Assembly (NCBI RefSeq): GCF_009914755.1
Contig: NC_060927.1
DNA length: 64,000 nucleotides
Origin: the human T2T-CHM13v2.0 reference genome, Homo sapiens
Reading direction: 5' to 3' (one strand)
The notes under the pieces were generated by a model that had not been told where the DNA came from, searched no databases, and worked only from the letters and a program-made list of their open reading frames with translations. Below, piece after piece: positions 13,454 through 26,771 of the stretch. Made by a program: the position numbers and the translations under genes. How positions within the stretch are numbered: position 1 is the stretch's first letter; each line of letters begins with the position of its first letter.

Positions 13454-15579
13454 TCCAACAGTATACAAAAGGGATAATTCAATATTTGTAAAGGATTTCA
13501 AAGAAATGAGTCATATTTCTTCTATAAGAGGAGTAACAAGTGGAAAAAATAACCTCTACAATAATTTTTAAAAGAAGAAGAGTTTAAAAGTGTTTTCAAT
13601 CACTATAAAAGCACTATTTTATTCTGAGATTCTTTATTACTGATTTGGCTATTATCCAAAGATAACTTTTTAAATGTTAACTCAGAGAAATTAAATATAC
13701 AATCAAAGATCAAAGAATAATTTGACACATGAATAAGACTTGAATTATAAAATTTAGAGAAAAACTCAAATTGGAAAATGAAGACCTCTGAGTTTTGAAC
13801 TTCACACTCTCATCTTTCATGTTGGAAGATATTTTCCATTAGTACAAGTGTGACTGAAAAACCAAATCATGGCTTATGTTTCTCTCCTCCCATTTCTTTC
13901 AAAACCTGTCACCATCCTGGGCTCTGTTTTTTAATCTAATGGGTAGCTTGATGCCTATTTTTAGAAAGATCCACCCCATCTCCAGTTTCTGCAGTCCCAT
14001 CTGGTCAGTCCGCTGCTCCTAATGGTGCAGGCAGTCAGAATATCTGCCACGGTACCTCTGGTTCTTTTTTGCTGAGATTGTTGTGCAATTGCTCTTGACT
14101 GTGGTCTTGTTTCAGCTACATGCACAGCGTTTCTGTCCTTCAAGACCCTTGCCCTTTGACACCTTCAAGCCTTGGCTCCCAGCATTATACTATTGTGATT
14201 TTCTTTCACCTGTCTTCTGTTTATCCAAATCCAACTTATTTCCCATGACCCAGAATAAGTCTCATTTACTTCATTGTAGCCTCTTTTGATTACTTTAGCT
14301 GACACTGACCTTTTCATTCTTTCTCTTCTATTATGTATGTAGTTCAGTTTCACTGTTTGTGTCATCAATATTCTCTAATTATTTCATATTTTTTTCTATC
14401 ACCACTACAGGTACATTATTAGCCTCTTGAAGTCAAGGGTCATGCTCTATATGATTTTTTTTTTAATATCCATGACAGTAACTCACACTGAGCTGAGAAC
14501 AAAATGTTTGCAAAGGAAAAATTTGATTTATTCTTGCTTACATATCAACAAATATAACAACTCAAACTCAATTTTTCAGCAATTTTTAATATAAAGTACT
14601 GTGTAGATGTCACTATACTAAGATTTTTGTAATAAACAGGATTTATGCTAGTCATATTCTTCTTCTATTTTTCTTTTCCTTTTTTTTTTTGTATAGTCCA
14701 GAGATGGTAATGATAGCATAATTTTGATCTATACAAATCTCAAATGATTCTAATAACTCCATACTTATTATTCTCAAGGTTCTCTGCCATGCAAAATGAC
14801 ATCTAAATAACATGTTATAGCTCATAAGAACAATTATTAACTCTTCTAGAGGTAATTGACTTATCCTAGGTGCAATTTGGTTGATGAGAATGAGCCCCAT
14901 TCTGACCCCTATGAAATTTGGGAGATAGCCCACCAGCTGTACTGTCTCTTCCTCCCACCAATATATTATATTTGACCTACATTTTACTTAATACCAGGTT
15001 CTTAGCCCTCCTTGGTCTCATGGTTTATTATACGGCCTTTTCTCTTAAACCCTCTCAAAACCAAAACCAAAACAAAAATTCCTAAAGGCTTTATGTGTGA
15101 AGACTCTTAAATGTTTGCCATTTCCCAAATACAAACTTCCTGGGTTCACCCCTAATATGTTCCTTTCCTTCCAATATATGAGCATCTTAATGTCATCTTT
15201 ACTCATTACTGCATTGCCTCCCAAAAGCCTCTACCCCATGATTTTATATCATCAATTGAGATTTCCTGTTTCAAAATATACTAATAAGAATTACCACCTC
15301 TTAGTCTTAGCAGATATATATGTTCATACTCTGTAATGTTATCTCCTGCCTCCAAATCTCAACATAAAAATTATTTTATTCTTACTAAAATTCTTAAAAA
15401 TAGCATATATCTTCTCTCAGCTTATTTACTTCCCATTTACTTCTCAACCCAGTAAAAGTGACATATTGAATGCACAGTATCTGTATGGATGACATGGATT
15501 AGTTTCATAGCTTAAACCATTTCCTACCAAGAAAAATTAAACTTACCTGCCCTCCATTGTGTAACGTTCAGATTTAAAA

Positions 15580-15670
15580 ACACTAATAATTTCATGTCAT
15601 TGTTTTGAGGATTAAATCAGTAAAAAACATGGAAAGCAATTAAAACAGCACCTGAAACACACTAAACAAT
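15580..15670 (+). mobile_element. MIR fragment
   Basis: TTGTTTTGAGGATTAAAT...AAAGCAATTAAAACAGCACCTG resembles the MIR 3' core. Confidence 0.6.
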
Positions 15671-15729
15671 TTTTCTTCCTCCTACTCCTCCTTTTCCTCT
15701 CCCTATCATTATTATTAGTACACATGCAA

Positions 15730-16212
15730 TTTTTGTTTGTTTGTTTTACTTTAAATTCTGGGATACATGTGCAGAACGTGCAGGTTTGCTACATAGGTAT
15801 ACATGTGCCATGGTGGTTTCCTGCACCTATCAACCCGTCATCTTGGTTTTAAGCACCGCTTGCATTAGGTATTTGTCCTAATGCTCTCCATCCCCTTGCC
15901 CTCCAGCCCCCAACAGGCCCTGGTGTGTGATGTTCCCCTCCCTGTGTCCAGGTGTTCTCATTGTTCAACTTCGACTTATGAGTGAGAGCATGCAGTGTTT
16001 GGTTTTCTGTTCCTGTGTTAGTTTGCTGAGAATGATGATCTCCAGCTTCATCCATGTCCCTGCAAAGGACATGAACTCATTCTTTTTATGGCTGCATAGT
16101 ATTCCGTGGTGTATATGTACCACATTTTCTTTATCTAGTCTATCATTGGTGGGCGTTTGGTTTGGTTTGTTCTAAGTCTTTGCTATTGTAAATCGTGCTG
16201 CAATAAACATAC
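15730..16212 (-). mobile_element. 5'-truncated L1PA8-like 3' end
   Basis: Antisense L1 3' UTR with TTTTAAGCACCGCTTGCATTAGGTATTTGTCC diagnostic; TSD ACACATGCA at 15720-15728 and 16214-16222. Confidence 0.9.
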
Positions 16213-16307
16213 AACACATGCATTTATTTTAAGGAACCTAATGATCTTCCATTTTTCAAATCCAGTGGGAAACTTTTCTTCCCTTTGTCTCCCTCTCTGC
16301 TATGTTC

Positions 16308-16680
16308 CATTAATTCATTCAAGACATATTTACTGAGCAACTAATAGGTGTCAAGAATTGAGCTAAGTTTATGATATGTGATAAATAAACTAAGGAACCC
16401 TACCCTTCTCCATAGCTCTCAAGCTAGAGGAAAATAAAAAATGAAAAAAAAACAATAATGAATAAGCAAACAAGCAAAAACAAAATGAAGATGATTGTGA
16501 TAGAAAAAATAAATAAAAGGAACCAGTTACTATAAAAGCAACAATGAAGACTTACTATAGACAGGGTAGGCTTGGAGGTCTCTCTATGAAGATCATACAT
16601 AGACCTAAAGGATGACGAGGAGGTGGCATAACAGGAGCAGACAAACATTTGAGGCAGAAGAAGACAATGGTGCAAAGCTG
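16308..16680 (-). mobile_element. L2 3' end
   Basis: ATTCATTCAAGACATATTTACTGAGCAACTA is the antisense L2 terminus, followed by purine-rich L2 body. Confidence 0.7.
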
Positions 16681-16850
16681 TACTGTCAAAAAATGTCCAC
16701 CTCCCCTCCGTCTATCTCTATTTTCTCCCTCAGTTTCCATAAACTACTGCCCTCTTTTACAACCCCTAACTCTCTGATAATCATATTTCAGTTTTCTAAT
16801 GCTTTTCCTTTACTACCTACATCATATTAGGGGTTTAAGATTTTACCTTC

Positions 16851-17242
<392 letters not shown>

Positions 17243-17499
17243 TCATACATTATCATTCTTTTTATTAGCACTTATGTGGAATTGACTATCATTTAAACCA
17301 TGGTTATTTCACAAAACTTCAAATTTCTAAATGTAACGTGTCCCAATCTCATTCAATGAACTTTTATCCTCAATAAATTCTGTTTGTGAATTGTCTATAA
17401 TCATCAATAGCATAAACATCTACTGAAGCACCTAAACTACAAACCTAAAGAATCATTTATGATCTATTTTTCTTTCTTCTTTTTAGCCAAATTCTTTTC

Positions 17500-17911
17500 T
17501 TTTCTTCTTTTGTTCTGGCACTCAGGCCGGAGTGCACTCCTGCATTGATGGCTCACTGCAGCCTCAACCTCCCAGGCTCAAGCAGTCCCCTCACCTCAGC
17601 CTCCAGAGTAGCTGGGACCACAGTCCCCTCACCTCAGCCTCCAGAGTAGCTGGGACCACAGGCTCCTCACCTCAGCCTCCAGAGTAGCTGGGACCACAGT
17701 CCCCTCACCTCAGCCTCCAGAGTAGCTGGGACTACAGGCATGAGCCTATAGTATTTTTAAAATTTTTGAATTTTAAATTTTTAAAATTTTTTGTAGAGAT
17801 GGGGTCTCACAATGTTGCCCAGTCTAGTCACAAACTCCTGGACTCAAGAGATCCTCTGGCCTCAGCCTCCCAAAATTTTAGGATGACAGACATGAACCAC
17901 TGTGTTCAGTC
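17500..17911 (-). mobile_element. AluJ-like element with internal tandem amplification
   Basis: GCTCACTGCAGCCTCAACCTCCCAGGCTCAAGC and TTTTTTGTAGAGATGGGGTCTC (AluJ diagnostics); TSD-like CAAATTCTTTTCT / CAAATTATTTTCT. Confidence 0.9.
17583..17734. repeat. Minisatellite, 4 x 38 bp (CAGTCCCCTCACCTCAGCCTCCAGAGTAGCTGGGACCA)
   Basis: Units start at 17583, 17621, 17659 and 17697; near-identical. Confidence 0.97.
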
Positions 17912-18699
17912 AAATTATTTTCTATTTTGCGTGTTTTATGTAATTTTTGTTTTCAGGTTCCATGCACACTATTTTCCTAGTTCAGTAATTTTTCATATTT
18001 TTCCCTGGTAATTAATTCCTGGTTCAGGTCCATCTTTTTCAGCTGAAAGATTATGGATCTTTAAGTGATCTCTCTTTCTCCATTCTTGGCCAACCTGTTA
18101 ATATGCCACAAAACATCAAAAGTAATCTAAAATAAAACATGACTATACCACACCTGTATTTACATTTTCTGTGCTCAAATATATACAAGGGTCCCATGAC
18201 CTGGCCTTGCCCAAATTGCCAACCTCAAAATCTATGTCATCTCTGTCCCATTAAGGAAATATGAATGTGCCAATTGCTCTCAATACAGCATCATTTTCTT
18301 CTTGCTACGTCTATTCTAACAGTGATCTTTTCAACCTCTCTTTTCCTGGTTAAATCCAAATCATACTCTAAGAAATATTATCAACTTCTTTCATAATTAA
18401 CTTTATTCATAGGACTTTCTTACTACTTCACTCCAGGATTGCCTGAAAAAAAAAGCCTTTACTTGCGTGAAAATAAAGAAAGTGACTGCCAGCTGCTCAA
18501 GCCAACTGTCTTAATATAAGGAGACCCCATAATTCGATGTGTTTAGAGAATGAGCAGCATGAAATAGGAAAATGAAAATCAAACACAATCACTGATCCCT
18601 GGGAAAACATATAATTAAAGAGACTAGAGATGATATACTTTAAACTTTGTATATTATTTGAAAATACAAAGCATTCATAAAACATTGTTATGTTAATGC

Positions 18700-20520
18700 A
18701 AAGGAATAAATATCAGATAACAAGAATAAATAATTGGTATTAGAAATATGATAAAAGTCCAAGAATGAAAGAATAGAAAAAAAAAGATGGAACGGAAGTA
18801 ATTACCAATGAAATAGTAGACAACCATTTTTTTCAAAGAAGAAACAGGAAAAAAGCCTTAGTTCCATAAAATTCCTGAAATATATGCCTAAATAAAAGAT
18901 GCTGTTCCATGTAGGAGAAAATGAGACCAGTACAACATACTGCTAGACTAATTATCAGAAAAAGTAATGCAAGAACACCATAGAGAAATGTGTTGGTGTT
19001 TATGAAGGAAAATTTGCAATCTAGAAAGAAATGGCCATAAAACAATAATGAAGGCAACAAAGCCGCATTCAAATATTAATGGACAAACATTGTCTGTGGC
19101 ACACGCACCCCTGCCTCAGTATGTTCTCCAGAAACATGAAACAAAATTCAAGAAGTAGAAAGGTGCAGGATCTTGAATATCATAGACTCTAACATATAAA
19201 AGCAGTAAAAAGAAGGTCCCAAACTGAAGGCCTGGAGAACATCAAGCTGCTATGTAATCCAAGTGCCTACCACAATATCTGACTTCTAGTATGTACCTAA
19301 AAGTATTGTTTAAGAAATGAATAAGAAATAATTGAAAAAGATAATGGAAGTTTCCATAAGACAGGATCTAGGCATAAAAGACACTTGGTAGTGTAAAAAT
19401 GTTGACTGAAATCTTGTGAATCTTAAGGGTGTGATAAATACCCCCCTCCACACACAAACGTACACGCACAGACAGCAACAACAGCAAAAACTAACAACTC
19501 AAAATCAAACAAGCAAAACAAAAAGTCTAATACAAATATTTTTAAATGAAACTGTGACAGATTTCTTAGCAAACGAGATTTTTAAAATGGAATATATTTA
19601 ATCCTAATGCTAGGTACTAAGAGTGGCTCAGGTTTAAGGCAATGAATAGGCAAGAAGTAAATGTAATCTTAGTGAAATAATTGGTAGCAATTTGAATAAT
19701 ATTAAAATAATCATGTTTGCTTTCAAATATAAAAGTCAGCCTATGAACAAGACCAAAAGTCTTGATTGTAGCTGCAAGACAGAGTATAAACAGAAGATAG
19801 GACTTGAAATAGTCAAGAATGATAGAGGAAAAGATGGCATTTCTAACATACTGTATTACAAAGTGAGACTCAGAAAATACCATCAATGTATACCACATCT
19901 TCTTTTTTATTCTATCATCCATTGATGGACACTAAGGTTGATTACATATCTTTGCTATTGTGAATAGTATTGTAGGCACCAGAGACTCAGAAGGGTGATA
20001 GTGTAGGTGGGGAGTAAAGGATGAGAAAGGACTTAATCAGTACAATGTATATTATTTGGGTTATATTTACACCGAAAAGTCAGACTTAACCACTACTCAA
20101 TATATCCATGTAACAAAACTGCACTTATACCCCTTAAATTTATACAAATAAAAAAATACTGACAAAAATACATGAAACAGGACAAATAGTTTTTATAACA
20201 TTTATTCAAGTTTTTATCTTAACAAATAAATTCAAAATATAAATATGAATGCTGGAAATAAACGAGGTGGTAAATGTTAGATAAATCAAGGCCTGAACAT
20301 ATGCTATCCGAATCTGACATGACAGGAAGAAAAGACTAGGCATACTTTCAAGAATTATGCAGGCAATCGCCAAAAGAACTAAAATAGGAGTAATAAATAG
20401 TTTGCCTCAAAGAGTGGGTCAGAGGTAGGAAAGGTAGGGTTTTGAAAATATGTCTTTGGCTCATAAGTTCCTTTGTTAAATTTTATTTTTCATTGTGTAC
20501 ATGTATTATTTTGGTAAAGA
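18700..20520 (+). mobile_element. HAL1/old L1M-like remnant
   Basis: A-rich ORF1-like decay followed by HAL1-like motifs (GCAGGATCTTGAA...GAAGGCCTGGAGAAC; TACATGTATTATTTTGGTAAA terminus); approximate. Confidence 0.55.
19881..20157 (+). mobile_element. Short L1MA2/3-like insertion with inverted 5' part (about 19885-19973 antisense, 19974-20157 sense)
   Basis: Antisense L1 3'-region piece (CATCCATTGATGGACACTAAGGTTG) fused to sense 3' end (CATGTAACAAAACTGCACTTATACCCCTTAAATTTATACAAATAAAA); flanked by AAAATAC on both sides. Confidence 0.8.
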
Positions 20521-20563
20521 TTCATTTTAAACTATACATGTAAGTTATATGTTGCTATATATA

Positions 20564-21189
20564 CAGTAGGCCTCCGTTATCTGCTGGGGATATGTGCCAA
20601 GGCCTCCAATGGATAATCCCTGAAACTATAGATGATACCAAACCCTATAAATCTTATGTTTTTTTCTGTACTTACATACCTACAATAAAGCTTAATTTAT
20701 AAATTAGGCACAGTAAGAGATCAATAACAATAGCTAATAATAAAATAGTATAAGAATATACTCTAATAAATTATATGTGTATGTGGTCCCTCTCTCAAAA
20801 TATATTATTGTATTGTACTCTACTCACTCTTCTTCTTGGGATGATGTAAGATGATCAAATGCCTACATGATGAGATGAAATGAAGTGACCTAGGCATCTG
20901 CTTTTGGTGCCTGGATCACTGAGCCATGACGATGTCAGTGGTTAGATGTCAGGGGTAGATGATGTTGATGACTAACGGGCCAGAGCATTCACAGCGTGGA
21001 TATGCTGTGCGAAGGGATGACTCATGTCCCCAGAGGAACAGAGTGAGATGGTGAGAAATTTTATCACACTACTCAGAATATCACACAAATTGAAACATGC
21101 AGATTGTTTTATTTCTGGAATATTCTATTTAATATTGACCAATGACTGAAACCATAAAAAAAGAAAAATGAAAAAGGGGAGAACTACTA
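20564..21189 (-). mobile_element. MER44 (Tigger7-derived) DNA transposon
   Basis: TIR remnants CAGTAGGCCTCCGTTATC ... AAGGGGAGAACTACTA flanked by TA; internal TTAATTTATAAATTAGGCACAGTAAGAGAT motif. Confidence 0.88.
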
Positions 21190-22439
21190 TAAATTTCAAA
21201 CTGTGAAATTGATTTGTATATCTCTTAAAAACTGTTGTATATCGGAGCAGCTTATTTAAATACAACTGTTCAAGCCGTAATTAAGTTCAAAATGATAGAC
21301 AAATAGAAAATGTCTCCCTAACATGGTATGGGTTTCGCTTTTTTTTTCCCCATTAGCAGTTGCAATTTTTTCCCAGTAGAAGCTACAAATAAAATTTGTT
21401 TATTTAAAGAAAACACATATACATTTTAAACCATGGCACAGGAATTGTGTTTTCACTTTGTTTTTGCCTTGATTTTTGTAAAAAGCAGAACTTGGACAAA
21501 TGGTGACAGAAGTGCTAAGTCAACAGAAATCAAACCACACCCTTTATTTGTTATTTCTCTGTGTTTTGCTTTTGTATTTATGAATTAGCAAATGTTTATA
21601 TTTTAGGCCAAAATATTCATTCTATAATATATTACAAGTCCAAATATCCAGAAGGATTTACAGTTAATAGTTGTCAGTAGAAATTTGAATACTAACTTGC
21701 TTCAATAATTTGGTAATACTTCTTAAAGCTCTGATTTTAGTCTAAGACTGATATTCATACATAATTTGTACATTATACCTCACCTCAAAAATGAGAATAA
21801 AATAATATATATGGGATCTAAATCTACCTAGATACAGATATTTTCACATGTGTACCTAAATAATAACTTTAAATATAGTCAATTGTATTTCCTTGATAAG
21901 TTCAAGAAGAAAACTTCATAAATAAACTCCTTATGAAGCCTCAGGCAATCTGAAAGGCAAATATAATTCCATTGCACATGCTCATATATGTATGTGTGTC
22001 TGTATATCTATATGTGTGCACATGTTATAATTTTGCATTGCATCTTGGGATCATTTATAGAACATTTACCTTCATAGATTTAAACAATCCTTCTGTCATA
22101 TATTTAGATGAAATTTAACTTTACACATAACATAAAATCCAACAATTCAAGATTTCTGAAGAGAGAATAAACTATCATTAGGTATAACATTCTCTTTTAC
22201 TTCAATTTAGTTATATTCTCACAATCTTTAAAAAGTTTTAATACAGTATTATGTTAATCTCATTCTCCAAAATAAAGTAGCATGAAACAGACCATCAACG
22301 CTTAACTTCAGGATCTGAATTATACATAAGATAAGCTGAGATTATAATATTAATTCCCAAAATACCATCCCAACTATTTATCTAAGTTTTAGGTTAATAG
22401 AGTTAAGAAACATTTAAGACTTCAGAATAAAACTGACTT

Positions 22440-22510
22440 GGTTCTATGTACATAGCAGATGTGCTTAGAAGTATTTTTTTAAATGACTGAATGAGTGAAT
22501 GAATAAATAT
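22440..22510 (+). mobile_element. L2 3' terminus
   Basis: CATAGCAGATGTGCTTAG...TGAATGAGTGAATGAAT tail. Confidence 0.55.
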
Positions 22511-24567
22511 GTGAATAATCTTTATCTAGATAACTTCTTTGGCTATGAGGTACAGTTACGGGAAAAAAGGTGTTGTTCAACATCTTTTTAAATGCATTTA
22601 AGTAGGGTTATATCAGAGACAGGGACATATTTTAACAAAAGTGGACCTTTTTTTGTTTGTCCTTCTCATTCCTATCACATGAAATTTTGAAAACATCCAT
22701 TTGCTACTCAACAATACATTTCTAAACTCGTAGGCTGCATATATAACCTGATTTAGGTGTATTTTTCTTTCTTTTTATTTTTTGCTGTAATTTACCAGTG
22801 AATTGAAGTGCTCTGGTTATAATATAATTTTAAGCCTCATAGAGGTAATGGGTATTTATATGGTGAGTTTTAAGACTATGAATTTTCTATTTAATCACAA
22901 CTGAATTTAGTTTGTTTCCAAGTTGTCACATACGCTAAAAAATGCCCATGAAGATAATGGCAAAAACAGAAGCCTCTTCCAAACAAAAGAGTCCTATAAA
23001 TAGCCAGGGAAAAGTTCATTTTCAGTATTCTTGGGTTTTTATTGTTGACCCCTCATAGTTCAAATTTTGTTTCAGAAACATAGTCAAATAACTTAGAGAA
23101 AATAATTGTACGGGCTTCTCATTGATTGTAAAACAGTCCCCAGGCAAAGTCAGGACAAGCAGATCTGATTCTTACTTTCCTGAAGCAGCAAGAGGACAGG
23201 CAAAAATATTAGAATTGCCCAGCAATTATTCCACAAAAAACACACTTATAAGTGAAAGATTCTGGTCTATCTTCCCAGCACTTGTTCCATTTTTCTCTTC
23301 TTCAAATATGCTATGTTAACAGAAACTTCGAATGAACTTTTTAAAGATAGTTGAAAGATATCTTACAGAGAGGTGAGGCTTAGTGTCTGATTCACCTTTG
23401 GCTCAAGAACAGTTCACCAGAATAATAGTTTCAAAAGAAATGCTATTGTTATTGTTAACTGAACAATCAAAATATGTACTTTTAAAATATGAGGCAATAT
23501 CCTGTCCTCTCATAATTGGAGCAAAAGTAACACACTTCCGTTTAAAAAAAAAAAAAAAAAGTAAAGCTAAAGGCAGAGAACAAATTGTCCATCATGAAAG
23601 CAGCTGGCATACTAAAAACTGTAAAAGCTCCAGCTGGTAGCTCACACTATCACCAACTAGCCAACTCTTCACATTGGAAAAGTGCTATATGATTTTATGT
23701 GAGAAAGCAACAAAACAGATATTTGTGAATAAATATTGGTTTGACAGGAAGTCAGACAAACTACATTTTTTACTCAAAGACATGTACTTAAGCACAAGGT
23801 GCCAAACAGAATGTCTATTTAAAGAGAAAAAAAATGGAGAGAAAATACACATCAGAGTGTAACTGAAGCAGATGGTGTAAATTGGTCCTTTGTTAGTCTT
23901 ATAAAGTTTAAATAAAAATATCCCAAATTGGAGGGTTATTTTAAGTCATTTTATCAGAAATAAAACAATTTTAACATAACATCTACGACTTCTGGAATTA
24001 TGTTTTCTTCAATTTCCAGTCCTTTGAAAGACACTTCTCATTCAACATACTCAACCAAAACAAAACTCATGTAACTAAACTGTTTTAAATATAGGGGTCT
24101 CAGAAACCTAATATTTATTGCTTCCAGGATAAGCACTTAGCCAATGCAGAGTACATAACTGCCTTCCTCATGTGAGGTGAAACTTTTTTTTTAAATGAGG
24201 CCTCCTTATTTAAAAAGTTGTTTTTAAATTTTTAGAGATAAGACACTCCTTCTCCAGAAGATCCTCTTAAAATACCAATATTGCATTAACTCTTCATCCA
24301 TCCTTTACTACCCCGGCATGTATTTATGTATCATATTAGCTAGTCATGTCCTCAAAATACATATATTCATTTATCGAAAGGATGAGACTTCACAAAGGTA
24401 AATTTGGATATGGTAAATAACAAGAAATGTTATCAATATATCAAGTGGTAATGATGAAAGCAGACAAGTCAAATCATTTTATCCATGGAGTTAGGATGGA
24501 GTATTTAATCCTATCAATGCGAAGTATCTGCATGTGTATCAGGCTGCTCAGTGGTCTTTCATCAGAA

Positions 24568-25685
24568 TGTAAACCAAAAATGAAATTCTAAGCCCCCCAA
24601 CCAACTGAATGGCCCTCTCCCTTGGCCAGGGGCATTCTAATGTAAACCTGAAACACTAGTTCAGGCCATGATGGGAATGGGTGGTTGGACGTGCCTCATT
24701 ATGCCTTACCCCTTATGAATTCAGGCCTAGCTGGCCAGCATTACCATTAAAAGAGAAACCTTAAGACTGACAAAGCTGACTCAGTAGCAATCAGATACCA
24801 GTATGACAGATAGCAGGCCCTGAAATAATCCAAATATTTTACCCCAAAATATATTTATTTGACATTTTTTGAAGTGGCCCTGCGAAGTGTCTCTTGTGGG
24901 GAAAATCTTCATTCTGTAGAGAATCCCCTTCCATTTCCAGGTCTTCCCTAAACAATGAGAAAATTAACTAAGAGTCTGGCACCATTTTAGGTCTGATAAG
25001 AGCTCTAAAGCATGCGACCTAGAGGCTTTATCTACACGATAAAACTTTGTTCCCTGCAATTCTTTATCTCAAACCAGACATCCCTTTCTACCGATTCCAG
25101 GTCTTTAGGAAACAACTCTTTCAATTGGGCACAGTGGCTCATGCCTGTAATCCCAGAACTTTGGGAAGCCGAGACCAGCCTGGCCAACATGGTGAAACCC
25201 CATCTCTACTAAAAATACAAAAATTAGCCAGCGTGATGGCACATGCCTGTAATCCCAGCTACTTGGGAGGCTGAGGCAGGAGAATGGCTTGAACCCAGGA
25301 GATAGAGGTTGCAGTGAGTCGAGATAGTGAGATGTACCATTGCACTTCAGCCTGGGTAACAAGAGTGAAACTCAGTCAAAAAAAAAAAAAAAGAAAGAAA
25401 AGAAAACTCTTTCAACCAATTGCCAATGAGAAAATCTTTGAATCCACCTACTACCTGGCCGCACCTGCTTTGAGTTGTCCTGCCTTTCTATACTGAACCA
25501 ATATATATCCACATGTACTGATTTATGTCGCATGTCTCCCTAAAATGTATAACACCAAGCTGTAGCCTGACCACCGTGGGCACATGTTTTCAAGATCTCT
25601 TCAGGCTTCATGGGTCATTGGTCACTTAGACTGGCTCAGAATAAATCTCCGTATATTTTACAGAGTTGGACGCTTTACGTTGACA
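24568..25685 (+). mobile_element. MER4-family solo LTR (ERV1; MER4B/D/E-like) containing an Alu
   Basis: Starts TGTAAACCAAAAATGAAATTCTAAGCCCCCCAACC; ends GGCTCAGAATAAATCTC...TTGACA. Confidence 0.88.
25123..25404 (+). mobile_element. AluS with ~32-bp left-arm deletion
   Basis: GCCGAG joined directly to ACCAGCCTGGCC; TSD AACTCTTTC on both sides. Confidence 0.93.
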
Positions 25686-25699
25686 ATACAATTCTTTGC

Positions 25700-26030
25700 A
25701 TAGTGATGTTTGTTCACGTACTTGTCACTATGGTTGCAAATTAACAGTTGCAATTCGAGATATACCCTCTACATTCAAGACAGGAAGAAAGAAGAAATGC
25801 TCAGGGACATCTGATTGATGTTATCAAGAAACAAAATTAGTCCTAACTCTCCTTCCTCAAAGATGTGCTTTTACATATCACGTTTCAATGTTGTGTCATA
25901 GTTCCCCTACTTGCAAGGAAACTTGACATGGAGAGCATTAATCTGTACAGTCCCTACAGTAGAGGAAGAGAAAGGGAAGGAGAGGAGCAGGGATGGGTGA
26001 TGATGAACTGCCATCCTATAGCATCTACTA
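25700..26030 (-). mobile_element. Degraded MLT1 (J/K/L-like) LTR fragment
   Basis: ATGGTTGCAAA...CATTCAAGACAGGAAGAA and TGTGTCATAG...TGCAAGGAAAC motifs; weak match. Confidence 0.45.
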
Positions 26031-26320
26031 GAGACATGCAAGAGACACAAACAGAATGATGTTAAATGAAAACATTCGATGCTTAATTTTTCTTTGGTCA
26101 AGCAATATCCAGCCAAGTGAGCAAAGAAGTTACCTATTTTACAATCTGTGGATGCCCTAGATAATTTCTATTCTGAACCTTTTATAGATGTCAATTTGTT
26201 AATTTCTCCAAGGTGAAAAACTTAAGAATACAGAATTTAGAACACTGAACCATCCGTCTGTCTTCCTACTGTTCTAATACATGGTATTTTCTTCCAGAGA
26301 AACAGAAGTGAGAAAGATAT

Positions 26321-26771
26321 TGTAGTGGCCACAAGGATGCAACAAACAGATCTCCAAATTTGAAGAGCATAATTGACTGAGAACTCTGGCTACTGCATTC
26401 TGAGATCCAAGCCTCGGTTAGTGCTGAGGCCCCAACTTCCCACAGGCTGCTCTCACTCAGTGAGTAAGTGCAGTGATAGAAAGGTATGCTGATATTGGGA
26501 GACCCAGTGTTTCTCTGATGATGGCTTCAACTCGACTCCAGATGGACCTGTTGAACCTTTCTTAAATTACACAGCAGTGGATTATGCTTCCACTCATCTT
26601 TCCCTGCTCCGGCTTTCTCTTGGGATTTGGCGTGCATCTTGGTCTGATGCCTCTCCCAACCATTTCAGTCTCCCTTCCTCTTTCTTCTCACACAGATCTT
26701 TGCCCTAGTAAAATCATTGCATATTTAATCATATCTTGGTGTTAGCTTCTAACAGAACCTGGTCTAACACA
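26321..26771 (+). mobile_element. LTR16C-like solo LTR (ERVL)
   Basis: TGTAGTGG...CTTGGTGTTAGCTTCTAACAGAACCTGGTCTAACACA; 5-bp TSD GATAT/GATAC. Confidence 0.8.

Noticed and set aside
17583-17734. CRISPR-like array
   Set aside because: Units are contiguous with no unique spacers, are Alu-derived, and the DNA is human.
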